Assembly (NCBI GenBank): GCA_030749075.1
Contig: JASMKR010000035.1
Location: 15,858 to 79,857 of the forward strand
From: Candidatus Thalassarchaeaceae archaeon
Lineage (GTDB): Archaea > Thermoplasmatota > Poseidoniia > Poseidoniales > Thalassarchaeaceae
Length of the DNA: 64,000 nucleotides
Direction of reading: 5' to 3'
The notes beneath the pieces were generated by a model. The model saw nothing but the letters and a program-made list of their open reading frames with translations, ran no database searches and had not been told where the DNA came from. A program made the position numbers and the translations under genes. Shown here piece by piece: positions 27,902 through 37,565 of the stretch. The first letter of the stretch is position 1. Every line of letters begins with the position of its first letter.

Positions 27902-28486
27902 ATGACCGTGGTCGGATCACAAGTCGGGTGCGTCGTCTTGGCCGCGGGATCGAGCAAGCGTATGGGGCGAGAAAAGGCACTGGTCAAGATCGGACAGGAG
28001 ACCCTGGTGGGTTTGACGGTACGCAGACTGGCGGCGTATGGGATATCACCGGTAATCGTTACCAGATCGGACATAGAGGGGGAGATTGCGAAAGCGGCCC
28101 CATCCAGCAAGGTGCTTGTCAATCCTAGCCCGGATACCGGCAGGACCGGTACCCTACAAATCGGCATCGCCGAACTCGATGCGGGGATGGGCACTGGCTA
28201 CATGCTCCTGGTAGTCCCCGTTGACCGCCCAGGCTTCTCGGACTCCACCCTAAGATCGCTCATCTCTTCCAAGCAGACCAGTTGCCCGGAGAAGGACGGG
28301 AGGGGAGGTCACCCCCTGATTATTTCAGCGGATGACATTGGAAGGATTCGGGATTCCCCTCCCAATGTCCCATTGCGCAATTTGGTGGAACCAGAAAGAT
28401 TCGAAGTCAATGACCCACTCTTGCACCTGAACGTTGACTCTCCGATCGATCTGATAGAACTATCAGATTCCCTGACCGAACTGTGA
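27902..28486 (+). CDS. molybdenum cofactor nucleotidyltransferase (MobA/MocA-like)
   Basis: NTP_transf_3 N-terminus GCVVLAAGSSKRMGREKALV, ~190 aa, close to XdhC and the Mo-hydroxylase subunits. Confidence 0.78.
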   Translation: MTVVGSQVGCVVLAAGSSKRMGREKALVKIGQETLVGLTVRRLAAYGISPVIVTRSDIEGEIAKAAPSSKVLVNPSPDTGRTGTLQIGIAELDAGMGTGYMLLVVPVDRPGFSDSTLRSLISSKQTSCPEKDGRGGHPLIISADDIGRIRDSPPNVPLRNLVEPERFEVNDPLLHLNVDSPIDLIELSDSLTEL

Positions 28487-28543
28487 ATGATGGTTTGATA
28501 CGCATAATATTCTTCTGTCGTTGGCTTCCCGGGGGGGCATAAT

Positions 28544-29362
28544 ATGGACATCATTGGCTTCATCGAGGGTTTCGATCCAATCCAACAAGCCCTAATCGCA
28601 GGCCTATTCACCTGGTTACTAACCGCGGCAGGCGCAGCTCTCGTGATCTTCTTCAAAGAACTGGATAGGAAGGTCCTAGATGCGATGCTAGGCTTCGCAG
28701 CAGGAGTGATGATTGCGGCCAGTTTCTGGTCGCTGCTATCCCCTGCTCTGGAAATGTCAGAGGGCGGGAACCTGCCGGTCTGGTTCCCAGCGCTTGTCGG
28801 TTTCCTGATGGGAGGCATCTGCATGAGGCTGATTGACATGTTCCTGCCTCACCTTCACCCTGGAGCCCCTCCCGAAGAGGCGGAGGGTGTCGAGAATAGC
28901 TGGCGCAGAAGCATGCTTTTGATTTCGGCAATTACTCTGCACAACATTCCAGAGGGGCTCGCCATCGGTGTCGCCTTCGGTGCGGCTGCTTCTGGATACG
29001 AGGGTGCGACCGTGGGTGCCGCAGTGGCTCTGGCAATAGGCATAGGCATCCAAAACTTCCCAGAAGGAGCTGCAGTCTCGCTGCCTCTCAGGCGTGAGGG
29101 GCTCTCCAGGAGGTCCTGCTTCCTGTGGGGGCAGTTATCCGCTACCGTTGAGCCTGTAGCCGCCGTCTTGGGAGCTGCACTGGTAATAGCCGCAACACCA
29201 ATTCTTCCCTATGCCCTCTCCTTCGCTGCAGGCGCGATGATCTTCGTGGTGGTAGAAGAGCTGGTCCCGGAATCCCACAGAGGAGGGAATGGCGACATCG
29301 CCACGATGGGAGTAATGCTCGGGTTCGCTGTAATGATGGTGCTCGACGTCGCTTTCGGTTGA
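28544..29362 (+). CDS. ZIP-family divalent metal transporter (ZupT-like)
   Basis: ITLHNIPEGLAIGVAFG and IGIQNFPEGAAVSLPL motifs in an 8-helix layout. Confidence 0.87.
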   Translation: MDIIGFIEGFDPIQQALIAGLFTWLLTAAGAALVIFFKELDRKVLDAMLGFAAGVMIAASFWSLLSPALEMSEGGNLPVWFPALVGFLMGGICMRLIDMFLPHLHPGAPPEEAEGVENSWRRSMLLISAITLHNIPEGLAIGVAFGAAASGYEGATVGAAVALAIGIGIQNFPEGAAVSLPLRREGLSRRSCFLWGQLSATVEPVAAVLGAALVIAATPILPYALSFAAGAMIFVVVEELVPESHRGGNGDIATMGVMLGFAVMMVLDVAFG

Positions 29363-29408
29363 TTCCTCTCTGCGCAAGCACAAAGGAACACATCCCCCTC
29401 TCAGGTAC

Positions 29409-30254
29409 GTGACCCGTGCTGTCCTAACATGGATGCTGGATAGGCTCGATGAGGGTGAGCGTGTTGCCATAGCCTCGGTGATTGAGGCAAGGGGCAGCGT
29501 ACCGGGAAAGCCGGGATCCAGGCTGGCTATGACGTCTGGCGGTGCAAAGTTCGGCACTGTGGGGGGGGCGGGTCTGGAGCTAGAGGTCGAGGGCGCCCTC
29601 AACAATCTGCTAAACGGGTTCGAGGGGCATTCGCGCAAAATGGGGGGCAAAATACAGACATTTGTCCTCTACAAGGACGGGAAGGGAAAAGAAGTGAGAG
29701 CGCTGGACAGCCTTTGCGGCGGTCGCGTTACCGTCGCTATGGAGGTCATTGAACCGATGCCGCACATTCTGATCGTAGGAGGCGGCCATGTCTGCCGCTC
29801 CATAGCCACCGTAAGCGATGCTCTAGATTGGTCCCACAGTGTGTTCGATGTCAGGCCCGAATACGCCACAGGGGAGCGTTTTCCCACGGCAAGCGAATTG
29901 CATGCTTCTTCCGTCGCCGAGTTTCTGCATTCAGAGGGCGAGCAAACGCTAGTCAGATTCTCGGACGTGCTTCTACTTGGGCATGACTGGGCTATCGATC
30001 AAGAGATGCTAATTGGCCTTCTCGAAAAGCGCGGTGAATCGGAAAGGCCTAGGATTGGCGCAATTGGATCCAAATCCAAGTGGAAATCGTTCAGGAAGGC
30101 AGCCATCGAATCGGGCCTCGCAGAAAATTTGGTGGATTCGGTCAGGTGCCCCATTGGTCTGGATATTGGTGCTGACTCGCCGGAGGAAATCGCGTTGTCG
30201 GTGTGCGCAGAGCTGCTCTCGCTGGAACGAGGGGTTAATCCAGCCGAAGGCTGA
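29409..30254 (+). CDS. XdhC/CoxI-family Mo-cofactor insertion chaperone
   Basis: The N-terminal XdhC_CoxI pattern (VAIASVIEARGSVPGKPGSRLAM) is followed by the Rossmann part ILIVGGGHVCRSIA. GTG start. Confidence 0.83.
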   Translation: MTRAVLTWMLDRLDEGERVAIASVIEARGSVPGKPGSRLAMTSGGAKFGTVGGAGLELEVEGALNNLLNGFEGHSRKMGGKIQTFVLYKDGKGKEVRALDSLCGGRVTVAMEVIEPMPHILIVGGGHVCRSIATVSDALDWSHSVFDVRPEYATGERFPTASELHASSVAEFLHSEGEQTLVRFSDVLLLGHDWAIDQEMLIGLLEKRGESERPRIGAIGSKSKWKSFRKAAIESGLAENLVDSVRCPIGLDIGADSPEEIALSVCAELLSLERGVNPAEG

Positions 30255-30280
30255 AATCGCAGCCGTGTTGTGACTAGCTC

Positions 30281-31495
30281 GTGCGCCTGTGGACCGTGCT
30301 CATGGTCGTTCTCGTTATTTCGGCACCCCTCAGTGGCTGCCTCTGGGAGGAAGAAGTCCCTCCAGAGGCGATAGAGGAGCCCACTCACTTCGGGGCATTT
30401 AGTGTGGTCGCGCCAATAGACACGGGAATAAACGTCTATCACGATCACTTCGCAATGAATGATTCCTACCCAATTTGGCTACTTGACGGTATGGGGGTCA
30501 ACATGGTCTGTGATATCGCGAAAAACGGCACTTGGCAGGAGCGCTACGATGCTGACCGGGAGAGTTGCTGGGATGTAATCGAGGCAGGTGACATCGTCTG
30601 GTTCAGAGGATCTCGAATTATTGGGACCTCTCCCGATGACAATACCGACATCCCCATTCTGGATGACCCCGACGACGGCCATGGAAGCGCTGTCACAGGC
30701 GCGGTGCTCAATGCCAATCCGGATGCCGTTATTTTCTTCGTCGAGGGGTTCAGCGATGCCGCGGTGCTCGCGGCTGCTAACCAGCCACTAGTGGACATCA
30801 TCACTACCAGCTTCGGACCCATTCTTTCGGTACCAGTCCCCGGAATAGAGGATGCCACCAAGGTTGCTGTCATCCAGAAGAAGAAACTCCACACGGGTGC
30901 GGCTGACAACTCGCCCTCACCCGCGGTGCAGGACTCTACATCCGGCCCTCCATGGAGCATCGGGGTTTCGGGATACGCAGAGGAGGGGGACGATCAGAAG
31001 GAGACGATGAGCGGGTCATATCCTGACGTGGCGGCCGATTGGACACAGGTGCTGCCGAACCATGACGACATTGATGGATACCACGAGACTTCCGGAACCT
31101 CGTTCGCCACACCACGCACTGCAGGATTGCTGTCAAAGGTGCTAATGCGATTGCGTTCAGAGTTTGGGGATGGCTCCTCTGGGGCAGATCCGACCATCAG
31201 GGGGGGCCAACTGGTGAACGGCACCAACTTCACACTGACTAATGACGACCTCAGAAACGCCCTCAACCGATCCGGATGGTATCCCTCATTCTCAACTTGG
31301 GACCCACTCTCGGGAACCACTCCCATTTCACCAATCGCACCTTGTACCCAAGTAGGTTGGGGAGTAGTCAACGAGAGTAACGTACTGCCCATGATTGAGC
31401 ATCTGAATGAGACGGCGTCGATGGCTCAACGGTCAAGCGATGTCACGATATGCATGGAAGCAAACCAAGCGATTCGAGAGGCATACTGGACTTGA
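30281..31495 (+). CDS. secreted subtilisin-like S8 peptidase (lipobox signal)
   Basis: Signal LVISAPLSGC. Triad contexts VVAPIDTGINVYHDHF (Asp), DDGHGSAVTGAVL (His) and ETSGTSFATPRTAGLLS (Ser). GTG start. Confidence 0.78.
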   Translation: MRLWTVLMVVLVISAPLSGCLWEEEVPPEAIEEPTHFGAFSVVAPIDTGINVYHDHFAMNDSYPIWLLDGMGVNMVCDIAKNGTWQERYDADRESCWDVIEAGDIVWFRGSRIIGTSPDDNTDIPILDDPDDGHGSAVTGAVLNANPDAVIFFVEGFSDAAVLAAANQPLVDIITTSFGPILSVPVPGIEDATKVAVIQKKKLHTGAADNSPSPAVQDSTSGPPWSIGVSGYAEEGDDQKETMSGSYPDVAADWTQVLPNHDDIDGYHETSGTSFATPRTAGLLSKVLMRLRSEFGDGSSGADPTIRGGQLVNGTNFTLTNDDLRNALNRSGWYPSFSTWDPLSGTTPISPIAPCTQVGWGVVNESNVLPMIEHLNETASMAQRSSDVTICMEANQAIREAYWT

Positions 31496-31538
31496 TTGGT
31501 TCGACGGATTCAAATGCCAAATATTTTCCCGCAATGGT

Positions 31539-32186
31539 ATGAGAAAGGTTCTCCTGAGATGGAAGATTGCCTCACTCGGCGGGTCCAAGGAGATTTCTCG
31601 CATCTTGGAAATTGCTGAGCGAATCGAGGTCCTCGGTCACCTATCACTCGGAGAGGATGGCGTTACCCAACTGGCTGAGGTCAAGATGCGCGAGGGGCAC
31701 GAGCTCCATGAGTTATCCGAATTGGATAGTTTCGAGGTGCTGGAGGAGCACGAGGAGGACGAGGATGGAGTACTAGCCAGCATCCTATGCACACACCCCC
31801 TCGCAAGGACGGCCATCGAGCTCTCGAACATTCATGTGCACCCGCCATATGGTATTGATTCCAAACGGGGATTGGAGCTCCGTATGTCGGGGCTCTCTGA
31901 CTCTATTCGCAGGTATATCGGATTGATTCGAGCAGTCATTCCCCCGGACAGTATCAGCGTTCAGACCTTCAAGACAGCGAATCACAATGGATGGTCCGAG
32001 TTCCTCACGCCCAAGCAGAGGGAGGTGCTGAAACTCGCTGTTCGAAAGGGGTACTACGAAGATGGCTCGAAAGTGACCCTCAAGCAGCTTGCTGATGAGA
32101 TGGAAATCGCCAGAAGCACACTCGGAGAGCATTTGAAGAGAGTGGAGTCTGAGGTCATGAAGAGAGTAGGCGAAGAGTTGGTTTGA
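31539..32186 (+). CDS. HTH_10 (bacterio-opsin activator-like) transcription regulator
   Basis: C-terminal LTPKQREVLKLAVRKGYYEDGSKVTLKQLADEMEIARSTLGEHLKRVESEVMKRV is the HTH_10 pattern. ATG at 31539 avoids overlap with the peptidase gene. Confidence 0.75.
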   Translation: MRKVLLRWKIASLGGSKEISRILEIAERIEVLGHLSLGEDGVTQLAEVKMREGHELHELSELDSFEVLEEHEEDEDGVLASILCTHPLARTAIELSNIHVHPPYGIDSKRGLELRMSGLSDSIRRYIGLIRAVIPPDSISVQTFKTANHNGWSEFLTPKQREVLKLAVRKGYYEDGSKVTLKQLADEMEIARSTLGEHLKRVESEVMKRVGEELV

Positions 32187-32265
32187 ATATCACAACGACA
32201 CCTACCGAATGCTCAAAGGATGACTGTGCTTGTGTCGGCATAACATGGCGCAGTTCCGGCTACCT

Positions 32266-32814
32266 ATGCTTCCCCCACCTGACAAGGTGCCATGGTCTGC
32301 AACTGTTAACGGCATGACCGTCTCCGTGCCGATAGACAGCAATGCCATCCTTCTGGACGTGCTCAGGGACCAGGTAGGCAGCCTCGGCACCAAGCGTGGC
32401 TGCGATATGGGCACCTGCGGATGTTGCAGCGTCCTGGTTGACGGGGTTCCCAAGTTGTCCTGCCTGACGCTGGCCCAAGAGGCGACCGGATATGGGATCA
32501 CCACGGTCGAGGGGCTAGCGGACGGCCACCACCTTCACCCAATCCAAAAGACATTCACGGAGTGCGGAGGGAGTCAGTGCGGCTTCTGCACACCCGGCTT
32601 CCTCGTGGTGATCTCCGCGCTTCTGGATGAGAATCCGACTCCTAATGACGACGAGATCAAGGGCGCCATCGAGGGGAACCTGTGTAGGTGCACCGGATAC
32701 CAGCAAATCGTCGACTCCGTACGGGCTGCCTCCGAGATCCTCGTCTCAGGGGAGGGGGTCGCTGATTCTACGGCGGCCAAGAGCGACCCCCATCCAGGAT
32801 ACATAGGGGATTGA
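32266..32814 (+). CDS. Mo-hydroxylase (xanthine dehydrogenase/CODH family) 2Fe-2S small subunit
   Basis: Two [2Fe-2S] motifs: CDMGTCGCCSV, and CGFCTPGF...CRCTGY. Starts at 32230, 32245 or 32266 are possible. Confidence 0.9.
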   Translation: MLPPPDKVPWSATVNGMTVSVPIDSNAILLDVLRDQVGSLGTKRGCDMGTCGCCSVLVDGVPKLSCLTLAQEATGYGITTVEGLADGHHLHPIQKTFTECGGSQCGFCTPGFLVVISALLDENPTPNDDEIKGAIEGNLCRCTGYQQIVDSVRAASEILVSGEGVADSTAAKSDPHPGYIGD

Positions 32815-32823
32815 GGCGATTTC

Positions 32824-35583
32824 ATGAGTGAGGACAAGGACAGAGTGGAGGGCTACCGCCAGCAGAGCGGTAAACTGCCCTTCTCGCGTCCGGGTTCTGG
32901 TGGCAGCCGCAGGATGAGCGAACCACGTGACGAGGGTGCCATAGAGCGTGTCAAAGGAGCCAGCGGGCACAAGCACAACGATCTGGTAACCGGGTCAGCC
33001 GTCGGAAGGGCCACTGCTCTGGTGGACGGACGCTGGAAGGTGACAGGACAGGCGCAGTACGGCGACGACGTCCGCCTTCCCGGCGAGTTATTCGGCAGAA
33101 TCGTTCGTTCTAAGCACCACTACGCCAGGGTGCTGTCCATCGACGTCTCGGCGGCTGTGGAGTTGCCGGGGGTGGTCGCTGTGGCCACCGGGCAGGATGC
33201 CAGAGGGAGATTCGGTGTGCTTCCTGTGACCAAGGACGAGCACGCGATGGCTCGCGAGAAGGTGCGACACGTGGGCGATCTGATTGCCTGCGTCGCCGCT
33301 GTCGACGAGGCAACGGCGAGGGAGGCGGTGCGCCTCATTGAGGTCGAGTACGAGGAGCTCGAAGCCATCCACGACATGCGGCAGGGGCTTGAGGAGGCCG
33401 TCGAGCCTATCCATGACAGGGGCAAGTACCACATCGGCTCCTCGAATGTCCAGAAGAGGGTGTTCCAGGAATTCGGTGACATCGGGGGCATGACCGCCAA
33501 CGCCGTCGCCAGCCACAAATCCAACTGGTTATTCGCTGGTGCCAATCACGGATTCACCGAACCCCATGCTGTAGTCGCAAATTGGGATCCCTCGGGAAGA
33601 CTGACTCTGTATACCCCGCAGCAGGTCCCGCACTACGTCCACAGGGCTCTGGCTGATGTGCTTGAAATACCGATGCACCAGATCAATGTCTACCGGACCT
33701 TCGTGGGCGGTGGTTTTGGAGGAAAGTCCGATCCGTTCCCGCATGAAATGTGTGCTGCAATACTCTCTCGGAAGACCGGAAGACCGGTCAGGATAAACTT
33801 CGACCGCGAGGAGGTCTTCTGGGTTAATCGCGGGCGGCATCCCTCTCGGATCGAGATGAATCTACACGCCGACTCCGAGGGCAGGCTCTGTGGCATCGAG
33901 ACTGATGCCCTAATCGACGGTGGTGCCTTCGCCTCTTTCGGACACGTCACCACCTACTACAACGGTGTCCTGCACACCGCTCCCTACGAGATCGGCGCCT
34001 TCCACTACACCGGAGCACGAGTATGGACCAACAAACCTGCGAGTGGTGCGATGCGTGGTCACGGCGCGGTCAACTCGCGTTGCGCAGTCGAGGTCGGGAT
34101 GGATGATCTAGCCGAGCAACTGAGCGTCGATCCAATCACCCTGAGACTGGCAAATCTGCTGCCCCCGCACTCAGCCACAATCACAGGATTCAGGGTCACC
34201 AGCATCGGCATGCGCGAGTGCCTCGAGCGCGTCAGGCAGGCCTCGGACTGGGAGGAAAAGTTCCGCAAACTGCCCGATGGTCACGGAATCGGGATCGGTT
34301 GCGGTTTCTTCATCTCCGGCAGTGGGCTGCCGATCCACTGGGAGCCCAACAAGTTCCCCCACGCCACCGTCCACCTCAAAGTCGACATGGACGGAGGGGT
34401 CACCGTCCACACCGGCGCCGCTGAGATTGGACAGGGCTCTGACACCGTGATAGCCCAGTCGGTAGCCGAGGTGCTGGGACTCCCCCTCGACATAATCAGG
34501 ATTAGGAGCAGGGAGACGGATACCTCCCCCGTCGACCTTGGGTCGTACTCTTCTCGCGTGACTTTCATGAACGCCAACGCAGCGATCTCCGCAGCGATGG
34601 AGGTCCGGCAGGAATTGCTGGAAGCAGCAGCAGTGGTGACCGAGTCACCGGTCGGAAAACTTGTCATCGGCGACCGTCGCATCTACAGGCGGGATGACCC
34701 CTCAGTCGGAGTGTCATATCTAGAAGCACTTCACAAGGCGCAGGAAGACAGGGGCGCACTGGTTTCATCAGGTGCGTATCGGACGCCTCCGATGGGGCGG
34801 GTCCACAGGGGGGCCGGTGCTGGAATCGCCCCTGCCTACTCTTTCTCGGCCTATGTTGCCGAGGCCAAGGTTGACATCGAGACCGGTCAGACCCAAGTGC
34901 TCAAGGTATGGGCCGCGCACGACTGCGGCAAGGCTCTCAACCCCCTTTCTGTGAAGGGTCAGATGATTGGTTCATGCCACATGGGCCTGGGCCAGGTCCT
35001 TAGCGAGGAGATGAGATACGGCAGGAACGGTCACCTGATCAATCCCGACCTGCTTGATTACAAGATCCCGACCGTCCACGAGATGCCCGAAATAGTTCCC
35101 ATTATCGTGGAGTCCAACGACTCGGAGGGCCCGTTCGGTGCCAAGGAGGCCGGAGAGGGGCCTCTGCTGCCGATACTGCCCGCGGTGTGCAACGCCGTGT
35201 ACGATGCCATAGGAATCAGAACCAGCGAGTTGCCAATCACGCCAGACCGTATGCACAGGATGATCGAGGGGCGCTGCAAGGAAGAGGGGGTCTCCAGCCC
35301 GCTGGAACTGCCCTCCCCAAGGCTGGAGTTCTCGGAACTGCAAGGCGCTCTTGAGGCTCGTGCCGCCGAACACGAAAAGCGAGACCGGGCTCGCAGCACT
35401 GACCCAGATCCCACCCCTTACCACAACGGGGCGCTGTTCGGGTTCGACCCGGAAATCCCGGCTGACGAGCAGGATGGGGACTGGGTTGTCAGCGTGACGC
35501 CGAGTGCCGAGTACATCGGCAATCCCCGCTTGGCCGGCAGCGCGTGGAAGCATGCCGAGCGCCGCTATGGGGGCGATTCCTGA
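32824..35583 (+). CDS. Mo-hydroxylase family molybdopterin-binding large subunit, substrate unknown
   Basis: 919 aa. N-terminal GRATALVDGRWKVTGQAQYGDD, active-site region GAMRGHGAVN and C-terminal PFGAKEAGEGPLLP (catalytic Glu context). It carries extra N- and C-terminal extensions. Confidence 0.88.
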   Translation: MSEDKDRVEGYRQQSGKLPFSRPGSGGSRRMSEPRDEGAIERVKGASGHKHNDLVTGSAVGRATALVDGRWKVTGQAQYGDDVRLPGELFGRIVRSKHHYARVLSIDVSAAVELPGVVAVATGQDARGRFGVLPVTKDEHAMAREKVRHVGDLIACVAAVDEATAREAVRLIEVEYEELEAIHDMRQGLEEAVEPIHDRGKYHIGSSNVQKRVFQEFGDIGGMTANAVASHKSNWLFAGANHGFTEPHAVVANWDPSGRLTLYTPQQVPHYVHRALADVLEIPMHQINVYRTFVGGGFGGKSDPFPHEMCAAILSRKTGRPVRINFDREEVFWVNRGRHPSRIEMNLHADSEGRLCGIETDALIDGGAFASFGHVTTYYNGVLHTAPYEIGAFHYTGARVWTNKPASGAMRGHGAVNSRCAVEVGMDDLAEQLSVDPITLRLANLLPPHSATITGFRVTSIGMRECLERVRQASDWEEKFRKLPDGHGIGIGCGFFISGSGLPIHWEPNKFPHATVHLKVDMDGGVTVHTGAAEIGQGSDTVIAQSVAEVLGLPLDIIRIRSRETDTSPVDLGSYSSRVTFMNANAAISAAMEVRQELLEAAAVVTESPVGKLVIGDRRIYRRDDPSVGVSYLEALHKAQEDRGALVSSGAYRTPPMGRVHRGAGAGIAPAYSFSAYVAEAKVDIETGQTQVLKVWAAHDCGKALNPLSVKGQMIGSCHMGLGQVLSEEMRYGRNGHLINPDLLDYKIPTVHEMPEIVPIIVESNDSEGPFGAKEAGEGPLLPILPAVCNAVYDAIGIRTSELPITPDRMHRMIEGRCKEEGVSSPLELPSPRLEFSELQGALEARAAEHEKRDRARSTDPDPTPYHNGALFGFDPEIPADEQDGDWVVSVTPSAEYIGNPRLAGSAWKHAERRYGGDS

Positions 35584-36560
35584 TGCGGATGCCCCCGTTC
35601 TTGCTTCATACCCCCCAAACCTTGGACGGGGTGCTGGCCATCTCTAATGCACTCGCTGACTCTGGCCAAGAGTTTGACTGGGTCGCAGGAGGAACCGACT
35701 TGCTGCCCAACTACAAATGGCACCTGAATGTAAAGTCCCACGTAATCTCCCTAGCAAGGGTTTCGGAGCTCTCCGAGCTCTCGGACACCCACATAGGGGC
35801 TATGGTCAGACTCCAAGACCTAGTGGAGTCTGATACTGTGCACCCGCTGATATCCAGCGTTTCTAGGAAGATTGCCAGCGTAATGCTGCGACGTTCCGGA
35901 ACAGTCGGAGGCAATATCTGCCTTGATACCCGGTGTTTCTGGTTCAACCAGTCTGAGGAGTGGCGTGAGTCAATAGATTGGTGTTACAAGTGCGATTGCG
36001 GAACTGGAGCCGACTGCAGGGTCATCCCTCACCAAAACAAGCTCTGCGTCGCCACCTACCAAGCCGATCTCGCACCAGCACTGATGTGCCTCGGGGCATC
36101 AATACATCTGGTCTCATCTGGAGGTTCTCGCTCGATGGCACTGTCGGAGTTCTTCCGAGAAGATGGAATCACAAGGAACGTCCTTGAGCCAGGAGAGCTT
36201 GTTACCCACCTGACACTACCAAAAGACGCATCAGAGTGGAAGGGTGACTACCAGAAACTCAGGCAGCGTGAGGCTTGGGACTTCCCTGAAGCCGGTGTGG
36301 TTGTCGCATGGAGGGGAGAGGGGGGGGGCCCTACAGACCTGCGAGTGGCGACAACAGGACTGGGAGCAGTTCCGGTACTGCACCAAGAGGCCTCCTCCGT
36401 GCTAGATCAATGGGAGGGCGAGGCCAGCGTTGAAGCATTGGCAGAATCCATCCAAAAGGCAGTAAAACCTGTTCTGAATACTTGGTTCCCCCCTTCATAC
36501 AGACGAAAAATGGTCAAGGTCTTAACAAAGCGGGCGAGTAGGGGCCTACTGGTGAGGTAA
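35583..36560 (+). CDS. Mo-hydroxylase family FAD-binding medium subunit
   Basis: TGATG overlap with the large subunit. AGGTDLLPNYK and RSGTVGGNICL fit the FAD_binding_5/CO-dehydrogenase flavoprotein pattern. Confidence 0.85.
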   Translation: MRMPPFLLHTPQTLDGVLAISNALADSGQEFDWVAGGTDLLPNYKWHLNVKSHVISLARVSELSELSDTHIGAMVRLQDLVESDTVHPLISSVSRKIASVMLRRSGTVGGNICLDTRCFWFNQSEEWRESIDWCYKCDCGTGADCRVIPHQNKLCVATYQADLAPALMCLGASIHLVSSGGSRSMALSEFFREDGITRNVLEPGELVTHLTLPKDASEWKGDYQKLRQREAWDFPEAGVVVAWRGEGGGPTDLRVATTGLGAVPVLHQEASSVLDQWEGEASVEALAESIQKAVKPVLNTWFPPSYRRKMVKVLTKRASRGLLVR

Positions 36561-37516
36561 TGGAGCGAAGCGCGCGCTCGCTGTTGCTTTCAGTGGCAAT
36601 ACTTGCCCTTCTGGTGCCAGCAAGCCCCCTGAGGGGACAGGGTCTCGACGCATGGGATCTCGGGATAATATACCCCGGGGATGATGCGGAGACTCCTTTC
36701 GAAATCTCTAGGGATGGCACCGTTAGGGTAGAGTTCTTCGTAGAGAACTCCGGATTCGTGGAAATTGAATTAGAATTTGAGTACGAAATCCCATTTGGCG
36801 GAGAGCATGATGCGCCCGAAAGCGCCACCGTCGCCGCCGGATCGAACGAGACGTTTGACCTGAAAGTGAGTGATATCGACGTGTTCAACTTCGAAGCGAG
36901 GCAGGAGGATTCGTTCTCCATTACGGCGACGGTCATTGCGCGGCAGGGCGTTCCGGTTCCGGATCCGCTCAACACACAACAGAGTGAGGAGGGTGATCTC
37001 GTCATCCCCACGATCTATGACTTGAGCATTGAAGTCGATGATCCGCTGGGTCCAATGAACGCTGGAACGGATGCCATCCTAAGGGTGTCTATCACCAACA
37101 CAGGGAACGTCCAAGATAAGGCGGGGGACATCGAAGTCTCCGATGACTGCCCCCTACTCACCACCGATAATGGGCTCGATGAACTGATGATGGGCAACAT
37201 AATGCCAGGAAAGTCCAAACAGGCTGATCTAAAGGTCAAAGCATCCGAGAGCCATCCCAAACGGCACTGTGACGTCACGGTGACAGTCTCCTCCAATGGG
37301 GCCATGAACTCGGGCGAATCGGTCGTAGTGAGCGATGAGGTGCGAGTCTCGGTGGAGCCCCCCCCCACAAACGAGGAGGTGCCGGAGGAAGACGAGCCTG
37401 ATGACCCCGAAGAAGTTCTGAGCTCCAATCTTCCAGCTCCCGGAGTGCTAACAATTATTCTGGGGTTCATCGCGGCTCTGTCGAAAAATTCCAAGAAACT
37501 GCGAAAGCGGAAATAA
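36560..37516 (+). CDS. secreted, C-terminally anchored surface protein with two CARDB-like beta domains
   Basis: Signal peptide, NAGTDAILRVSITNTGNVQD-type strand pattern, an acidic Pro-rich stalk and the tail LPAPGVLTIILGFIAALSKNSKKLRKRK. TAATG overlap with the preceding gene. Confidence 0.55.
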   Translation: MERSARSLLLSVAILALLVPASPLRGQGLDAWDLGIIYPGDDAETPFEISRDGTVRVEFFVENSGFVEIELEFEYEIPFGGEHDAPESATVAAGSNETFDLKVSDIDVFNFEARQEDSFSITATVIARQGVPVPDPLNTQQSEEGDLVIPTIYDLSIEVDDPLGPMNAGTDAILRVSITNTGNVQDKAGDIEVSDDCPLLTTDNGLDELMMGNIMPGKSKQADLKVKASESHPKRHCDVTVTVSSNGAMNSGESVVVSDEVRVSVEPPPTNEEVPEEDEPDDPEEVLSSNLPAPGVLTIILGFIAALSKNSKKLRKRK

Positions 37517-37552
37517 GAGACTACGCCTATTTTATAGATTATGAAAATGAAC

Positions 37553-37565
37553 GTTGCTCAGCAAC
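37553..37565. promoter_or_regulatory. 13-nt perfect palindrome GTTGCTCAGCAAC downstream of a TATA-like box
   Basis: ttttatagatta at ~37530-37541, with the palindrome about 20 nt later, in the 123-nt gap before the DUF4350-like/MoxR genes. Confidence 0.3.

Noticed and set aside
32824-35583. Calling the Mo enzyme an aerobic CO dehydrogenase (CoxL)
   Set aside because: The active-site loop reads GAMRGHG. It is not the VAYRCSFR (form I) or AYRGAGR (form II) signature as I recall them, so only family-level assignment is justified.
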